Positions 16,636 to 26,056 of a stretch of DNA of 40,525 bases are shown here, in pieces. This DNA is from Bacteroidia bacterium (lineage in GTDB: Bacteria; Bacteroidota; Bacteroidia; AKYH767-A; OLB10): NCBI GenBank assembly GCA_032111385.1, contig JAULUX010000112.1, positions 1 through 40,525 on the forward strand, given 5' to 3'. The first letter of the stretch is position 1. Each line of letters opens with the position of its first letter. The notes under the pieces were generated by a model. That model worked only from the letters and a program-made list of their open reading frames with translations, was not told where the DNA came from and ran no database searches. The translations under genes and the position numbers were made by a program.

Positions 16636-18009
16636 TCAAGCTTTGCTCATTGCTGCATATTCCGCAAAGAAATGAGGAATGGTCTCGATGCCTTTTAGGA
16701 AATTAAAGATCCCATAGTGTTCATTCGGACTATGAATGAGGTCGCTGTCCAAGCCAAAGCCCATCAGCACACTTTTCAAACCCAGTTCCTTTTCAAACAG
16801 TGCCACGATGGGAATACTGCCTCCTCCACGGGTTGGAATCGGCTTCTTACCGAAGGTGGTCTCCATCGCTTTGCTGGCGGCCTTGAAAGCGACTGAATCG
16901 GTTGGCGTAACAACCGGTTCACCGCCATGGTGAGGACGAACTTCCACCTTAACGCCCTTCGGGGCGATGGATTGGAAGTAATCGGAGAAGAGTTGTGTGA
17001 TCTTATCAGAACTTTGATTGGGCACCAAACGCATTGAACACTTGGCGTAGGCCTTGGACGGTAATACAGTCTTGGCGCCTTCACCGGTGTAACCACCCCA
17101 GATACCGTTCAATTCGAACGTAGGACGAATACCTGTCCTTTCCAGCGTGGTATACCCTTTTTCCCCGTGCACATCAAGAACATTCAGATCACGCATATAG
17201 TCGTTGAGATCGAAAGGAGCCTTGTTCAACTCTGCTCGGTCCTGCGTGTTGAGTTCGACAACATCATCATAGAATCCGGGAATGGTGATACGATTATCCG
17301 CATCCTTCATCTTGGCTATCATTTCACAAAGAATGCTGATCGGATTGGCCACAGCACCACCGTAAACACCGGAATGCAGGTCGCGGTTGGGGCCGGTCAC
17401 TTCCACTTCCACATAACTAAGTCCACGAAGACCCACATCAATACTCGGGGTGTCGTTTGCAATAATTGACGTGTCGGAAATCAAAATCACATCTCCTTTC
17501 AGCCGCGCTTTATTATCACGAATCCAATCACCCAGGTGCGACGAGCCCACCTCTTCTTCTCCTTCGATCATGAATTTCACATTACAAGGCAACGAACCAT
17601 TCTTCATCATGTATTCAAATGCCTTGATGTGCATGTACACCTGACCCTTGTCATCGCAGGCACCCCTGGCGTAAATCCTACCGTCTTTGATCACCGGTTC
17701 GAAGGGAGGGGAATCCCACAAGTCCAACGGGTCGGCAGGCTGCACATCGTAATGACCGTAAACCACAACGGTTGGCAGATTGGGATCGATGATCTTTTCT
17801 CCATAAACGATAGGATGACCGGGAGTTGGACAAATTTCGACTGTATCCGCACCGGCCCTGATCAAGGCCTCGCGAACAAATTCGGCAGCACGTGCCACAT
17901 CGCCCTTGTACCGCGAATCCGCACTAACGGAGGGAATGCGAAGGAAATCCTTCAGTTCATCGAGAAAGCGGTCCTGGTTTTGAGAGATATAGGCTTGAAT
18001 AGAGTCCAT
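16636..18009 (-). CDS. M20-family dipeptidase (ArgE/DapE/ACY1/CPG2 superfamily)
   Basis: 457 aa. Motifs: VVVYGHYDVQPADPLDLW, YARGACDDKGQ, KFMIEGEEEVGS, HSPNEHY. Confidence 0.85.
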   Translation of the reverse strand: MDSIQAYISQNQDRFLDELKDFLRIPSVSADSRYKGDVARAAEFVREALIRAGADTVEICPTPGHPIVYGEKIIDPNLPTVVVYGHYDVQPADPLDLWDSPPFEPVIKDGRIYARGACDDKGQVYMHIKAFEYMMKNGSLPCNVKFMIEGEEEVGSSHLGDWIRDNKARLKGDVILISDTSIIANDTPSIDVGLRGLSYVEVEVTGPNRDLHSGVYGGAVANPISILCEMIAKMKDADNRITIPGFYDDVVELNTQDRAELNKAPFDLNDYMRDLNVLDVHGEKGYTTLERTGIRPTFELNGIWGGYTGEGAKTVLPSKAYAKCSMRLVPNQSSDKITQLFSDYFQSIAPKGVKVEVRPHHGGEPVVTPTDSVAFKAASKAMETTFGKKPIPTRGGGSIPIVALFEKELGLKSVLMGFGLDSDLIHSPNEHYGIFNFLKGIETIPHFFAEYAAMSKA

Positions 18010-18029
18010 GGTTGAGAATTGATGAGTTA

Positions 18030-18037
18030 CAAAAATA
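18030..18037 (-). promoter_or_regulatory. Putative -7 promoter box TATTTTTG for the M20 dipeptidase gene
   Basis: The minus strand reads TATTTTTG, 21 nt upstream of the ATG at 18009, in the 183-nt divergent intergenic region. Confidence 0.35.
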
Positions 18038-18161
18038 CACCTTCCACCCTATCGGTCAGAGTGATCAAAAAGACCATTGCCGATCCGAAAATTCAAAAAT
18101 CGGTGTTGATAATTCAGAGAGTTCCCATACGATTCCAGCCCGGGAAGGCGTTTTAGGACTG

Positions 18162-18169
18162 TACTTTTG
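18162..18169 (+). promoter_or_regulatory. Putative -7 promoter box TACTTTTG for the TPR protein gene
   Basis: TACTTTTG ends 23 nt before the ATG at 18193. Confidence 0.35.
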
Positions 18170-18192
18170 AAGAAAGTGTATCCCGATTCAGC

Positions 18193-21100
18193 ATGGAGAA
18201 GAAACTCATTAAACTATTGATTATTAGTACCTTCATTTGCTCAGGCCAGGTTTTCGGCCAGATCACGCAGGCTTTTACCGAGCCCGATGCCAAGTACCAA
18301 AGGGCCTGGGAGATGTACTTAAAGGAGAAATATGGTGCGGCTAAATCCTTGTTTGACGAGTACCTGGAAGAGGGAAAAGGCAGCGAATCGTTCCGGCTGA
18401 ATGCAACATATTACGCTGCAGTCTGCGCCTACGAATTATTCCATCCGGATGCAGAAGAGCGTCTGAATTCATTCACCACCCGTTACCCGGAAAGCACCAA
18501 GGCACCGCAGGCCTGGTTTAATCTGGGCAGGCACTATTACCGCAACAAAAAGTACGCTAAAGCCTTGTCGGCACTGGAAAAGGCCGACATCTATTATCTG
18601 TCCGGAGACGAAGTGGCCGAATACTATTTCAAACTGGGCTATTGCCAATTCAACAAAGGGGACAACGACAAAGCAGCAAAAAGCTTCAAGGAAATCCTGG
18701 AAGTGAAATCAAAGTACCAAACCGCTGCCCAGTATTACTACGGACACCTGGCCTATCAAAACGGCAATACCAAAACCGCGATTGAGTACTTCAGTAAACT
18801 CGACTCCTCGGCGACTTTCGGCCCGTTGGTCCCCTATTACATCGCACAGATGCATTTCGATCAAGGCAGATACGACGAGGTCATCCGTTACGCCGTACCT
18901 GTACTGAAGAACAAAAGCCCGCAGAACAACGTCGAAATCATGCGGATCGTCGCTGAGTCATACAGCCGTACGGGCGACTATAAAAACGCATTGGTTTACA
19001 TGGACGGGTACAGCCAGGGGATTCCCCAACTGAGCCGTGATGACCGATATCTGATGGGCTACTGCGAATACAGAAGCAGCAATCACGCAAGCGCGATTCC
19101 GCACTTTGAGAGGGTGATGGGTCCACTCGATGCATTGGAACAGAATGCCTGGTACCACCTCGGCGACTGCTACATCCAGACGGGCAATAAAGCATCCGCC
19201 CGCAACGCCTTTCAGATGGCCTCCAAGCTCGAGCATTCTGCAACCATCAGGGAGGAATCCCTTTTCAATTACGGCAAACTCAGCTACGAACTGAACCTGC
19301 CCGGTGCACTTACCGCGCTCAGAGACATGCAGGAGAAATACCCGAAATCGGTGCATGCCGATGAAACAAATGAACTGCTGGCCGAATTGTACCTGAGCAC
19401 ACGCAACTTCAAAGACGCACTTGCCGCACTTGAACAGATCAAAGGGAAAAGCACACGGGCACAGGGAGCCTACCAACGCGTAGCCTATCACCGCGGCATC
19501 GAATTGATGAACGACAAAGTTTATGACAAGTCGATCGGCATGTTCGAAAAAGCGATTGTGAACGATGTGGATCCGGGGATAAAAGCCAATGCCCTCTACT
19601 GGAAGGCCGAAATCCTTTACAAGCAGGAGAAATACGAAGCAGCCGTGAAACAGTATCGTTCATTCATATTCAATCCGGGCTCGGTGAATACCCCGCTATA
19701 CAATGTAGGCCATTACAACCTTGGGTATTGCTTCTTCAAGATGGGGAATTACAACGAAGCTCAATCGTGGTTCAGGAAATACATCGCCAAGCGGGAATCC
19801 GGACAAGACAACATTTACGGTGACGCCCTATTGAGGACGGCGGACTGCCACTATGCGCTACGCGACTTCGGTGTTTCCATAAAATACTACAATGACGCGA
19901 TCGCCATCAAAGCGGGATCTACCGATTATGCCTACTTCCAAAAAGGGCTTATCCAGGGATTGCAGAATGAACAAACCGGAAAAATCTCGACACTGACAAG
20001 CCTGATCGGCGGTTACCCGAAATCACGCTTTCGTGGAGACGCCCTCTTTGAACGCGGACGCGCCCACATGACCCAGGGAGACAATGACAAGGCGAAGTCG
20101 GATTTCAACGCCCTGCTTCGTGAATCGCCCGCTCACCCCTATGCCAGGAAGGCACAATTGAACATCGCATTGATGCTCTACAATGATAAGCAGGACGACC
20201 AGGCCATCGTACAGTACAAGAAAGTAGTTACGCAATACCCCGGAAGTCCGGAGGCGACTGAAGCACTCCTTGGATTGAAGAGTATTTATGTCGGCAACGG
20301 AGAACCGGAGGCCTATTTCAACTTTGTAAAGGAGATTCCCAATGCCAGTGTAAGCACCGGAGCCCAGGACTCCATCACTTACGAGGCTGCGGAACAGCAA
20401 TACCTGAAAGGGGATTTCGACAATGCCGACAAGAGTTTCTCAAAATACCTGCAACTGTTCCCCAACGGCGGTTACAAACTAAACGCATCCTTCTATCTGG
20501 CAGAATGTCAATATCGAAAAAAGGACTACGCTTCAGCACTCACCTCCTATGAAAAGGTACTCTCGGCGGGCAGTAACCTTTTCACTGAGAAATCACTCGC
20601 CAAAGCCGCATTCATTCATTTCAACGAGAACCGCTTCGACAAAGCCATCGGCCACTACCAACGTCTGGAGCAAATTGCCGAATTGCGAGAAAACCAATTG
20701 AATGCCCAGACCGGCCTGATGAGATCCTATTTTCAAGCAAAGCAATTCGAACTCGCCATCGACTATGCGAAGAAATTATTTGAAGCCGAAAAGGTGACGA
20801 ATGAAGTCGTTTCAGAAGCCCATTTGACCTATGCACGTTCAGCCATGGAAATCAACGACCTGCCTGCTGCAAAAAGGGAATACTCCGCAATTGCGAAGCA
20901 GTCGAGCATGGCCGGTGCAGAGGCCAAATACAGCCTGGCGCTGATCGATTACAAGATGGGCAACTTCAAAGCTTCGCAAGGAAAATGTTACGACGTAGCC
21001 AAGCAAGTACCCTCCTACGACTTCTGGATTGCAAAAAGCTTCATCCTTCTTGCTGACAATTGCATTGCATTGAAAGACACCTTTCAGGCAAAAGCCACTT

Positions 21101-21270
21101 TGCAGAGCATTCTTGAGAATTACGAGAAAGACCCTTCGGATCCGGAAGACATCCGTCAGGTTGCAGGAGACAAGTTGAAAGCGATAGAGGATGCAGCAAA
21201 AGGCGAACCGATGAAGCCCAGCGAAACTCCGGAACAGGAAACCGACCTGAACAAAGAACAACAAGACTAA
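18193..21270 (+). CDS. Large tetratricopeptide-repeat (TPR) envelope protein
   Basis: 1025 aa with an N-terminal signal sequence (LIKLLIISTFICSGQVFGQ). It contains more than 15 TPR-like units along its length, for example AWFNLGRHYYRNKKYAKALSALEKA, YYFKLGYCQFNKGDNDKAAKSF and ALYWKAEILYKQEKYEAAVKQY. The C-terminal tail is acidic. Confidence 0.8.
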   Translation: MEKKLIKLLIISTFICSGQVFGQITQAFTEPDAKYQRAWEMYLKEKYGAAKSLFDEYLEEGKGSESFRLNATYYAAVCAYELFHPDAEERLNSFTTRYPESTKAPQAWFNLGRHYYRNKKYAKALSALEKADIYYLSGDEVAEYYFKLGYCQFNKGDNDKAAKSFKEILEVKSKYQTAAQYYYGHLAYQNGNTKTAIEYFSKLDSSATFGPLVPYYIAQMHFDQGRYDEVIRYAVPVLKNKSPQNNVEIMRIVAESYSRTGDYKNALVYMDGYSQGIPQLSRDDRYLMGYCEYRSSNHASAIPHFERVMGPLDALEQNAWYHLGDCYIQTGNKASARNAFQMASKLEHSATIREESLFNYGKLSYELNLPGALTALRDMQEKYPKSVHADETNELLAELYLSTRNFKDALAALEQIKGKSTRAQGAYQRVAYHRGIELMNDKVYDKSIGMFEKAIVNDVDPGIKANALYWKAEILYKQEKYEAAVKQYRSFIFNPGSVNTPLYNVGHYNLGYCFFKMGNYNEAQSWFRKYIAKRESGQDNIYGDALLRTADCHYALRDFGVSIKYYNDAIAIKAGSTDYAYFQKGLIQGLQNEQTGKISTLTSLIGGYPKSRFRGDALFERGRAHMTQGDNDKAKSDFNALLRESPAHPYARKAQLNIALMLYNDKQDDQAIVQYKKVVTQYPGSPEATEALLGLKSIYVGNGEPEAYFNFVKEIPNASVSTGAQDSITYEAAEQQYLKGDFDNADKSFSKYLQLFPNGGYKLNASFYLAECQYRKKDYASALTSYEKVLSAGSNLFTEKSLAKAAFIHFNENRFDKAIGHYQRLEQIAELRENQLNAQTGLMRSYFQAKQFELAIDYAKKLFEAEKVTNEVVSEAHLTYARSAMEINDLPAAKREYSAIAKQSSMAGAEAKYSLALIDYKMGNFKASQGKCYDVAKQVPSYDFWIAKSFILLADNCIALKDTFQAKATLQSILENYEKDPSDPEDIRQVAGDKLKAIEDAAKGEPMKPSETPEQETDLNKEQQD

Positions 21271-21281
21271 AAAAAAGAAAA

Positions 21282-22967
21282 ATGCCTCGCCATAACACCC
21301 TCCTATTGCTGGTCCTGATTTCGCTTCTTCCGCTGCTCACTATTGCGCAACCCGGTGGCAAAACTGCTCAAATGGGCAACGAAGACGTGGATATTGTAAA
21401 AGAATATCAGCCCGTCTTAAACGATGCTTTCAAGATCGACTTGCAGCCTGAAGACAATGTCGATACCAAATCAACGGGAGCACCGCTGATCTATAAATTA
21501 AATCCGGCTCCCGCCCCGGCGTCATTCAACACATCCCCTATCAAACCGGTACGAATCAAGGATGATGCGATAAAAAAGCTGTATCACGGATGGCTTAAAG
21601 CAGGCTATGGATTGGAAAACATGCCTTTGGTGGATGCGGCATTCAACAGCCTTCGGTCAAAGCGATTCGATGCCGGTGCACACCTTTACCATCTTTCTGC
21701 CGGTGGCAAGATCAAGGACTACGGCTTCCCCGGCAACAGCACCACGAACTTCACCACATTCGGCAATCGTTATTTCGAAAAATTCAAACTTGGCGCTTCG
21801 TTGGGATATCGCTTCGACAAAGTGCATTACTACGGATTCAAGTCCCCACCGGAGCTTTACTCCAAATCTGAAACGAAACATACACTTCAGGACATCAACG
21901 GCAAGATCGATTTCGAATCACTTGGAAAAGAAAAAGAGAAATGGTCCTACCGGGGAGGTGTTGAGTTCTATGGATTCAACAACAACCGTGATTTCAATGA
22001 GAACAACATCCGGATATCAGCCGGCCTGATCAAATGGATGAATAACGCCTACTTCCATGTATGTGCATCCGGCGAGTTTGGCAACATCGAACAACCTACT
22101 TTCTCTTTCGGAAGGAACATCATCCGTTTCGAACCCAAATTCTCCATCGAGCAGGGAATGATGAAAGTGGACATCGGTGCACGAATGGCGATCGAATCAA
22201 ACAACGGCGAAAGCGATTACCGTTTGTATCCCGTATTGGAGGCCGACTTCCGTCTGATCGAAGACGCTGTCAGGATATTCGGTGGCATCAGCGGCGACCT
22301 GCAGCGCAACGACCTGCGTTCCTTCGCCCGCGAAAATCCTTTCTTCGGCAATTTCGTGCCCATGGTCAACACCAACCGTAAACTCGTTGCCAAGGCAGGC
22401 ACGTCCATACGCCTGGAACACGACCTAATGCTCAGTGCACAAGCCAGCTGGCAACGGGCTCGAAACCTTCCCTTCTTCTTCAACGAGTACCGGTCAGATT
22501 TCCCCACTACGTTTGGTGTTGTTTACGACACCGGAACCCAGCTTCAATTCAAAGCTTCATTGGAGTATAAAAAGACCGAGAAGTCCTCACTTTCTCTGAC
22601 CACTGAGTACAACAGGTACGACCTCGACGTGCTCGAAAAAGCATTCTACGCTCCTCGTCTTCGCACAGGTCTGAACGGGCATTATACCATCGGTGAAAAA
22701 ATCCTTATCAAAGCCGATTTATTCTATAACAACGGTGTCTATGGATACGGTTATACCTTACAAAACGACACCATCACGCCCGTAAAAGGAGAAGTCGTAG
22801 AGCTGAAAGGCTGGATCGACCTGAACCTTTCCATAGATTATCGATACAGCAAAACCTTGTCAGCCTGGGTAAGCCTTAACAACCTGGGATTCTCAAGATA
22901 TTTCCGGTGGTATGAATATCCGAGTTACCGCATGCTCGGCCTGGCGGGAATCACCTACTCCTTTTGA
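21282..22967 (+). CDS. Putative outer-membrane beta-barrel protein (unknown family)
   Basis: 561 aa with a signal peptide (LLLLVLISLLPLLTIAQ). It shows alternating aromatic/hydrophilic strand patterns throughout, and the C-terminus GLAGITYSF ends in an aromatic residue. It starts 11 nt after the TPR gene. Confidence 0.5.
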   Translation: MPRHNTLLLLVLISLLPLLTIAQPGGKTAQMGNEDVDIVKEYQPVLNDAFKIDLQPEDNVDTKSTGAPLIYKLNPAPAPASFNTSPIKPVRIKDDAIKKLYHGWLKAGYGLENMPLVDAAFNSLRSKRFDAGAHLYHLSAGGKIKDYGFPGNSTTNFTTFGNRYFEKFKLGASLGYRFDKVHYYGFKSPPELYSKSETKHTLQDINGKIDFESLGKEKEKWSYRGGVEFYGFNNNRDFNENNIRISAGLIKWMNNAYFHVCASGEFGNIEQPTFSFGRNIIRFEPKFSIEQGMMKVDIGARMAIESNNGESDYRLYPVLEADFRLIEDAVRIFGGISGDLQRNDLRSFARENPFFGNFVPMVNTNRKLVAKAGTSIRLEHDLMLSAQASWQRARNLPFFFNEYRSDFPTTFGVVYDTGTQLQFKASLEYKKTEKSSLSLTTEYNRYDLDVLEKAFYAPRLRTGLNGHYTIGEKILIKADLFYNNGVYGYGYTLQNDTITPVKGEVVELKGWIDLNLSIDYRYSKTLSAWVSLNNLGFSRYFRWYEYPSYRMLGLAGITYSF

Positions 22968-23067
22968 TAACTTAAAAAAAAAGAAAGGCCCTGGTACATG
23001 ATTAATGCTATTGACCACTATTACATACGATAGTCGTATCAAGCTCTTATAACAACTTTTTTGAAAA

Positions 23068-23271
23068 ATGAACCTCCTCGCCGCAGAGCAGCGAGGTATC
23101 GTTACGCTACACCCTCCTCACATTGAAAAAATTTCGACCAAGAGGAGCGGGGAATTCAACCCTAAGAGAATGAACCTCCTCGCCGCAGAGCAGCGAGGTA
23201 TCGTTACGCTACACCCTCCTCACATTGAAAAAATTTCGCCCCAGATGAGCGGGGAATTCAACCCTAAGAGA
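23068..23271. repeat. Tandem direct repeat, 2 x 102 bp
   Basis: Unit 1 is 23068-23169 and unit 2 is 23170-23271. They are identical at 99 of 102 positions; the differences are at 23137/23239 (a/c), 23140/23242 (a/c) and 23144/23246 (g/t). Each unit contains the hairpins CCTCGC-n9-GCGAGG and GGG-AATTCAA-CCC. Unit 1 also has CTCCTC-n22-GAGGAG. Confidence 0.95.
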
Positions 23272-23403
23272 TTAAAATGCACAAGGTTTGCCCAATATCC
23301 AATGCGACCATAAAAACACGAATGATTTTTAGCTCTCGTAAACCGCAGAAACAGCAATCTGATAAATGAAAATGTCTGAAGAAATTGATGATTTTTTACT
23401 GGT

Positions 23404-25884
23404 CTACCAAATAGAAATCGCTTTTCGACCAAGCAACTTTCCATCAACATTTAAAGTGGCCTGGTATATTCCTGATTGTAGATTATTTAATTGAATTGTA
23501 TTTTTTTCCGACTCCAACCGTTGAGTAATCACAAGTCGACCGGATATATCAAAAATCTTCAATTGCACATCTCCAACAATCATCTGACTAATAAATACGA
23601 CTGCATGATCAGTCGCAGGATTTGGCAGGATGTCAAATTGTAATTCAGGAGCATTTTCAAATAGTCCGCTACATGTAATGAAAGTTACTGTAACGCTGTC
23701 AACAGCTGTACAACCGACGGAATTGGACACAACAACAGTGTAAGTGATGACATTGGGTCCGGAGGTAGAATTCGAAACTAAAATACCAGGTGATGTTGCA
23801 CCCGTACTCCAAGCGTATGTATGACCGGGAACCAAAGTCGTAGTTAAATTCAGCGTTTGACCGATACAGAGGGTGGTATCATTTGAATTGATAGTTGCAG
23901 CCGGAGAGAGTCCGTTAAGAAATAGGCTGGAGATATTTGATCGAGAGATACAATTTGCAATACTGGTATCGGTGATTTCGACACGATAACTCCGGTTATA
24001 GGCTGAATCACAATAAATAATAGGATCTATGTAGCTGATTCCGTTCGTTTGTCCAAACTGTTGCCAAATCACTCCACCCCCAAAAGTCAAGCTATCTTTT
24101 GTGACAAAATAATCACCAGCAGAAGTGGAAGGAAGTGGATTACCCATTGGCGTCCAATTTAAGTTAACATCTGTCCCAAATTGAGCCCCTGACAAAAAAA
24201 TCGTACTGAGTGTATCACTATTTGATTCGGCAAACTCAGTACAACTGTTTGCTGAAACAGTAGACAAATAGTAAGTAAGTGGCCCAGCATTGGCGTTGGC
24301 ACCTAGATCTAAGTAAGTCAATATTGTATCTGCATTGGGAATAGTGAAACCTGATAGACTATCAATCAAAGAAAAGGCTCCAGTCGAACCAGAGGAAGAT
24401 CGGTAAATGTAAATTGCTTTAAATTGAATATTTGAGTCCAAAGTATTGATATTGGAAGGTGGGAGAAAAGTCAATTTCACAGTCCCATCATCCTGAATAT
24501 CAAGGCAGCGCTGCCTGGGCGCACCATAAATTGGAGGTGGCACTACTTTAATTCGGATTAGGTTAAAATTAACGGCTGGAGAAGGGCATACATTATCAAG
24601 CACTTTGATGATAAAACTATAGACATTGGAAGAGGCTGAACAACCTGATATGTAAGCCAAATGATTGCATGATGTATACCATTTCAGACTAGCCTGAATT
24701 GATTGAGATAAAGGCAACAACGGGGGCGGAGGGTCTAATATCGCACAAGGAGGCAACAAACATCCCGAACTGGTGTCGGTGAAGTTAGCACCAAATTGAG
24801 TGCTTGATGGTTTGATTTCAATCATTTGACCTTGGGGCGACTGTCCAGGCAATTGAATGAACTCAAAATCATATGCTACAAATGGTATTTCTATGGAGTC
24901 GCCTGCAACAACTTCAATTAAAGTATCCTCGATAGAATTACCAAGCAGATCGGATACATCGGGAGGGGTATTCCAAATTTGAGTGCCTGTAGCCGGATCG
25001 GGAATCAGGCAGTTACCCAAAAGTGCAACCTGATATTCACGATAAATTTCTGCGACTTTGACTTTACACTTGTAGGCCGTAACTTTGATAACAATGACGA
25101 ATACTCCAGGAGTATACGATGTAAAAGAAACGATACCAGTGTTCTGATTCAGCGTTGCAGGGGTGTTTAAAGGATTTTGAGCGGCACTTGGCAGAGGGGA
25201 AGCTGGGCTATACCCGACGACATACTGAAATGGCACCCCCGGAAAACCGTTATTCAAAGGAGTGTCCCATTCGAAAACAACCGAGTCCAGCTCTTCATCG
25301 CGCACATCTTGGTCGTACCTTGTTGACGTGCGAGTACAAGTACCTAAAATTGGGCGCTCGGCAAAACCAGGAGAACTATCGAAGCAGGGGTTAGTATTCG
25401 TTGCATTGTAGGGATACATGAATGCACGCAGGGTGAAAGAGCCTGAACCAGGATTGACCAGATTTGTGATTCCGGCATTCCGACAACAATCAGTATAATA
25501 GAAAAACCAACCCGAAACAGGCGGGACTCCAGAGATGAGCATAGGTTGTGAATTATATACAAATTCCTCGACCGCGTTGGGTAGGCCTAACGGATTTTGA
25601 CAAGTGGGACATCCTGCCCCTTGTGGTGAAATATCGTTTTGATAAGCCAAAGTACAATTAATTCCTCCTGCCATTCCTGCTGCATTTGTCGAAAGCTGAA
25701 CAGAGGGCGGACCCGGAATTCCATTGCAATCGCGGTAAAGTTTGACTGTGAAAACAAACCGACCTACGCTAGGGCCAGCCTTGATACACTGCCACGTGAT
25801 TTCACCTCCCATAAGATGAGATGCCTTTGAAAATTTCCCTAAGAGTAGGAATATTAATAAAAAAATATTTGAAAACTTATTCAT
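23404..25884 (-). CDS. Secreted cell-surface protein with T9SS type-A C-terminal sorting domain (adhesin-like, Ig-like repeats)
   Basis: 826 aa with a signal peptide. The N-terminal module SHLMGGEITWQCIKAG...FTVKLYRDCNG is typical of Bacteroidota gliding/T9SS surface proteins. The C-terminus, ILPNPATDHAVVFIS...LKIFDISGRLVITQRL...LQSGIYQATLNV, is a Por secretion tail. The gene is visibly AT-richer than its neighbours. Confidence 0.85.
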   Translation of the reverse strand: MNKFSNIFLLIFLLLGKFSKASHLMGGEITWQCIKAGPSVGRFVFTVKLYRDCNGIPGPPSVQLSTNAAGMAGGINCTLAYQNDISPQGAGCPTCQNPLGLPNAVEEFVYNSQPMLISGVPPVSGWFFYYTDCCRNAGITNLVNPGSGSFTLRAFMYPYNATNTNPCFDSSPGFAERPILGTCTRTSTRYDQDVRDEELDSVVFEWDTPLNNGFPGVPFQYVVGYSPASPLPSAAQNPLNTPATLNQNTGIVSFTSYTPGVFVIVIKVTAYKCKVKVAEIYREYQVALLGNCLIPDPATGTQIWNTPPDVSDLLGNSIEDTLIEVVAGDSIEIPFVAYDFEFIQLPGQSPQGQMIEIKPSSTQFGANFTDTSSGCLLPPCAILDPPPPLLPLSQSIQASLKWYTSCNHLAYISGCSASSNVYSFIIKVLDNVCPSPAVNFNLIRIKVVPPPIYGAPRQRCLDIQDDGTVKLTFLPPSNINTLDSNIQFKAIYIYRSSSGSTGAFSLIDSLSGFTIPNADTILTYLDLGANANAGPLTYYLSTVSANSCTEFAESNSDTLSTIFLSGAQFGTDVNLNWTPMGNPLPSTSAGDYFVTKDSLTFGGGVIWQQFGQTNGISYIDPIIYCDSAYNRSYRVEITDTSIANCISRSNISSLFLNGLSPAATINSNDTTLCIGQTLNLTTTLVPGHTYAWSTGATSPGILVSNSTSGPNVITYTVVVSNSVGCTAVDSVTVTFITCSGLFENAPELQFDILPNPATDHAVVFISQMIVGDVQLKIFDISGRLVITQRLESEKNTIQLNNLQSGIYQATLNVDGKLLGRKAISIW

Positions 25885-25911
25885 GGCTGTTGTTTTAAAT
25901 TATATACAACA

Positions 25912-25919
25912 CAAATATA
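25912..25919 (-). promoter_or_regulatory. Putative -7 promoter box TATATTTG for the T9SS cargo gene
   Basis: The minus strand reads TATATTTG, 28 nt upstream of the ATG at 25884, in a 172-nt AT-rich gap. Confidence 0.35.
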
Positions 25920-26056
25920 CCAAGCCTGAGTGCAAGAAAAAAGCCAGAAAGCATTTTAGGGGAAATACCGCATCAAATCAACTTGAAACGGGACTAAAAA
26001 ATACACGAACAATCCACAACACTTTTACTTACAAGTTGTCGCAAAAGTACTAGTGT

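Noticed and set aside
18193-21270. The 1025-aa TPR protein as the T9SS component PorW/SprE.
   Set aside because: Size and TPR content are compatible, but the N-terminus has no clear lipobox of the kind SprE has. I recognise no PorW-specific sequence, and TPR repeats alone are not diagnostic. It is left as a generic TPR protein pending profile searches.
23100-23200. A tRNA-like cloverleaf on the minus strand spanning the repeat junction. It would comprise a GAGGAG/CTCCTC acceptor-like stem, a CCTCGC/GCGAGG arm and a GGG-TTGAATT-CCC T-arm-like hairpin, about 82 nt in total.
   Set aside because: There is no credible D-arm. The candidate anticodon loop GCTCTGC lacks U33. The T-loop has G where the invariant C56 should be. 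The acceptor-like pairing is equally well explained as a local hairpin within one unit. It is not a tRNA gene; at most it is a degenerate tRNA-like element.
23068-23271. The tandem repeat as the template/variable repeat pair of a diversity-generating retroelement.
   Set aside because: The three differences (a/c, a/c, g/t) are not adenine-specific on either strand. Neither copy lies inside the 3' end of a CDS. No reverse transcriptase is present in the window.
23068-23271. The tandem repeat as a CRISPR array.
   Set aside because: There are only two units, 102 bp each and directly abutting, with no unique spacers. There are no cas genes in the window.
23068-23313. An 81-aa ORF (MNLLAAEQRGIV...GEFNPKR, twice) encoded by the tandem repeat, considered as a real protein gene.
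   Set aside because: The ORF exists only because the 102-bp unit is a multiple of three and happens to start with ATG. It has no recognisable fold or motif and no -7 box upstream, and it lies between two convergent gene ends. Coding is not excluded, so it is kept as a check under the repeat finding.
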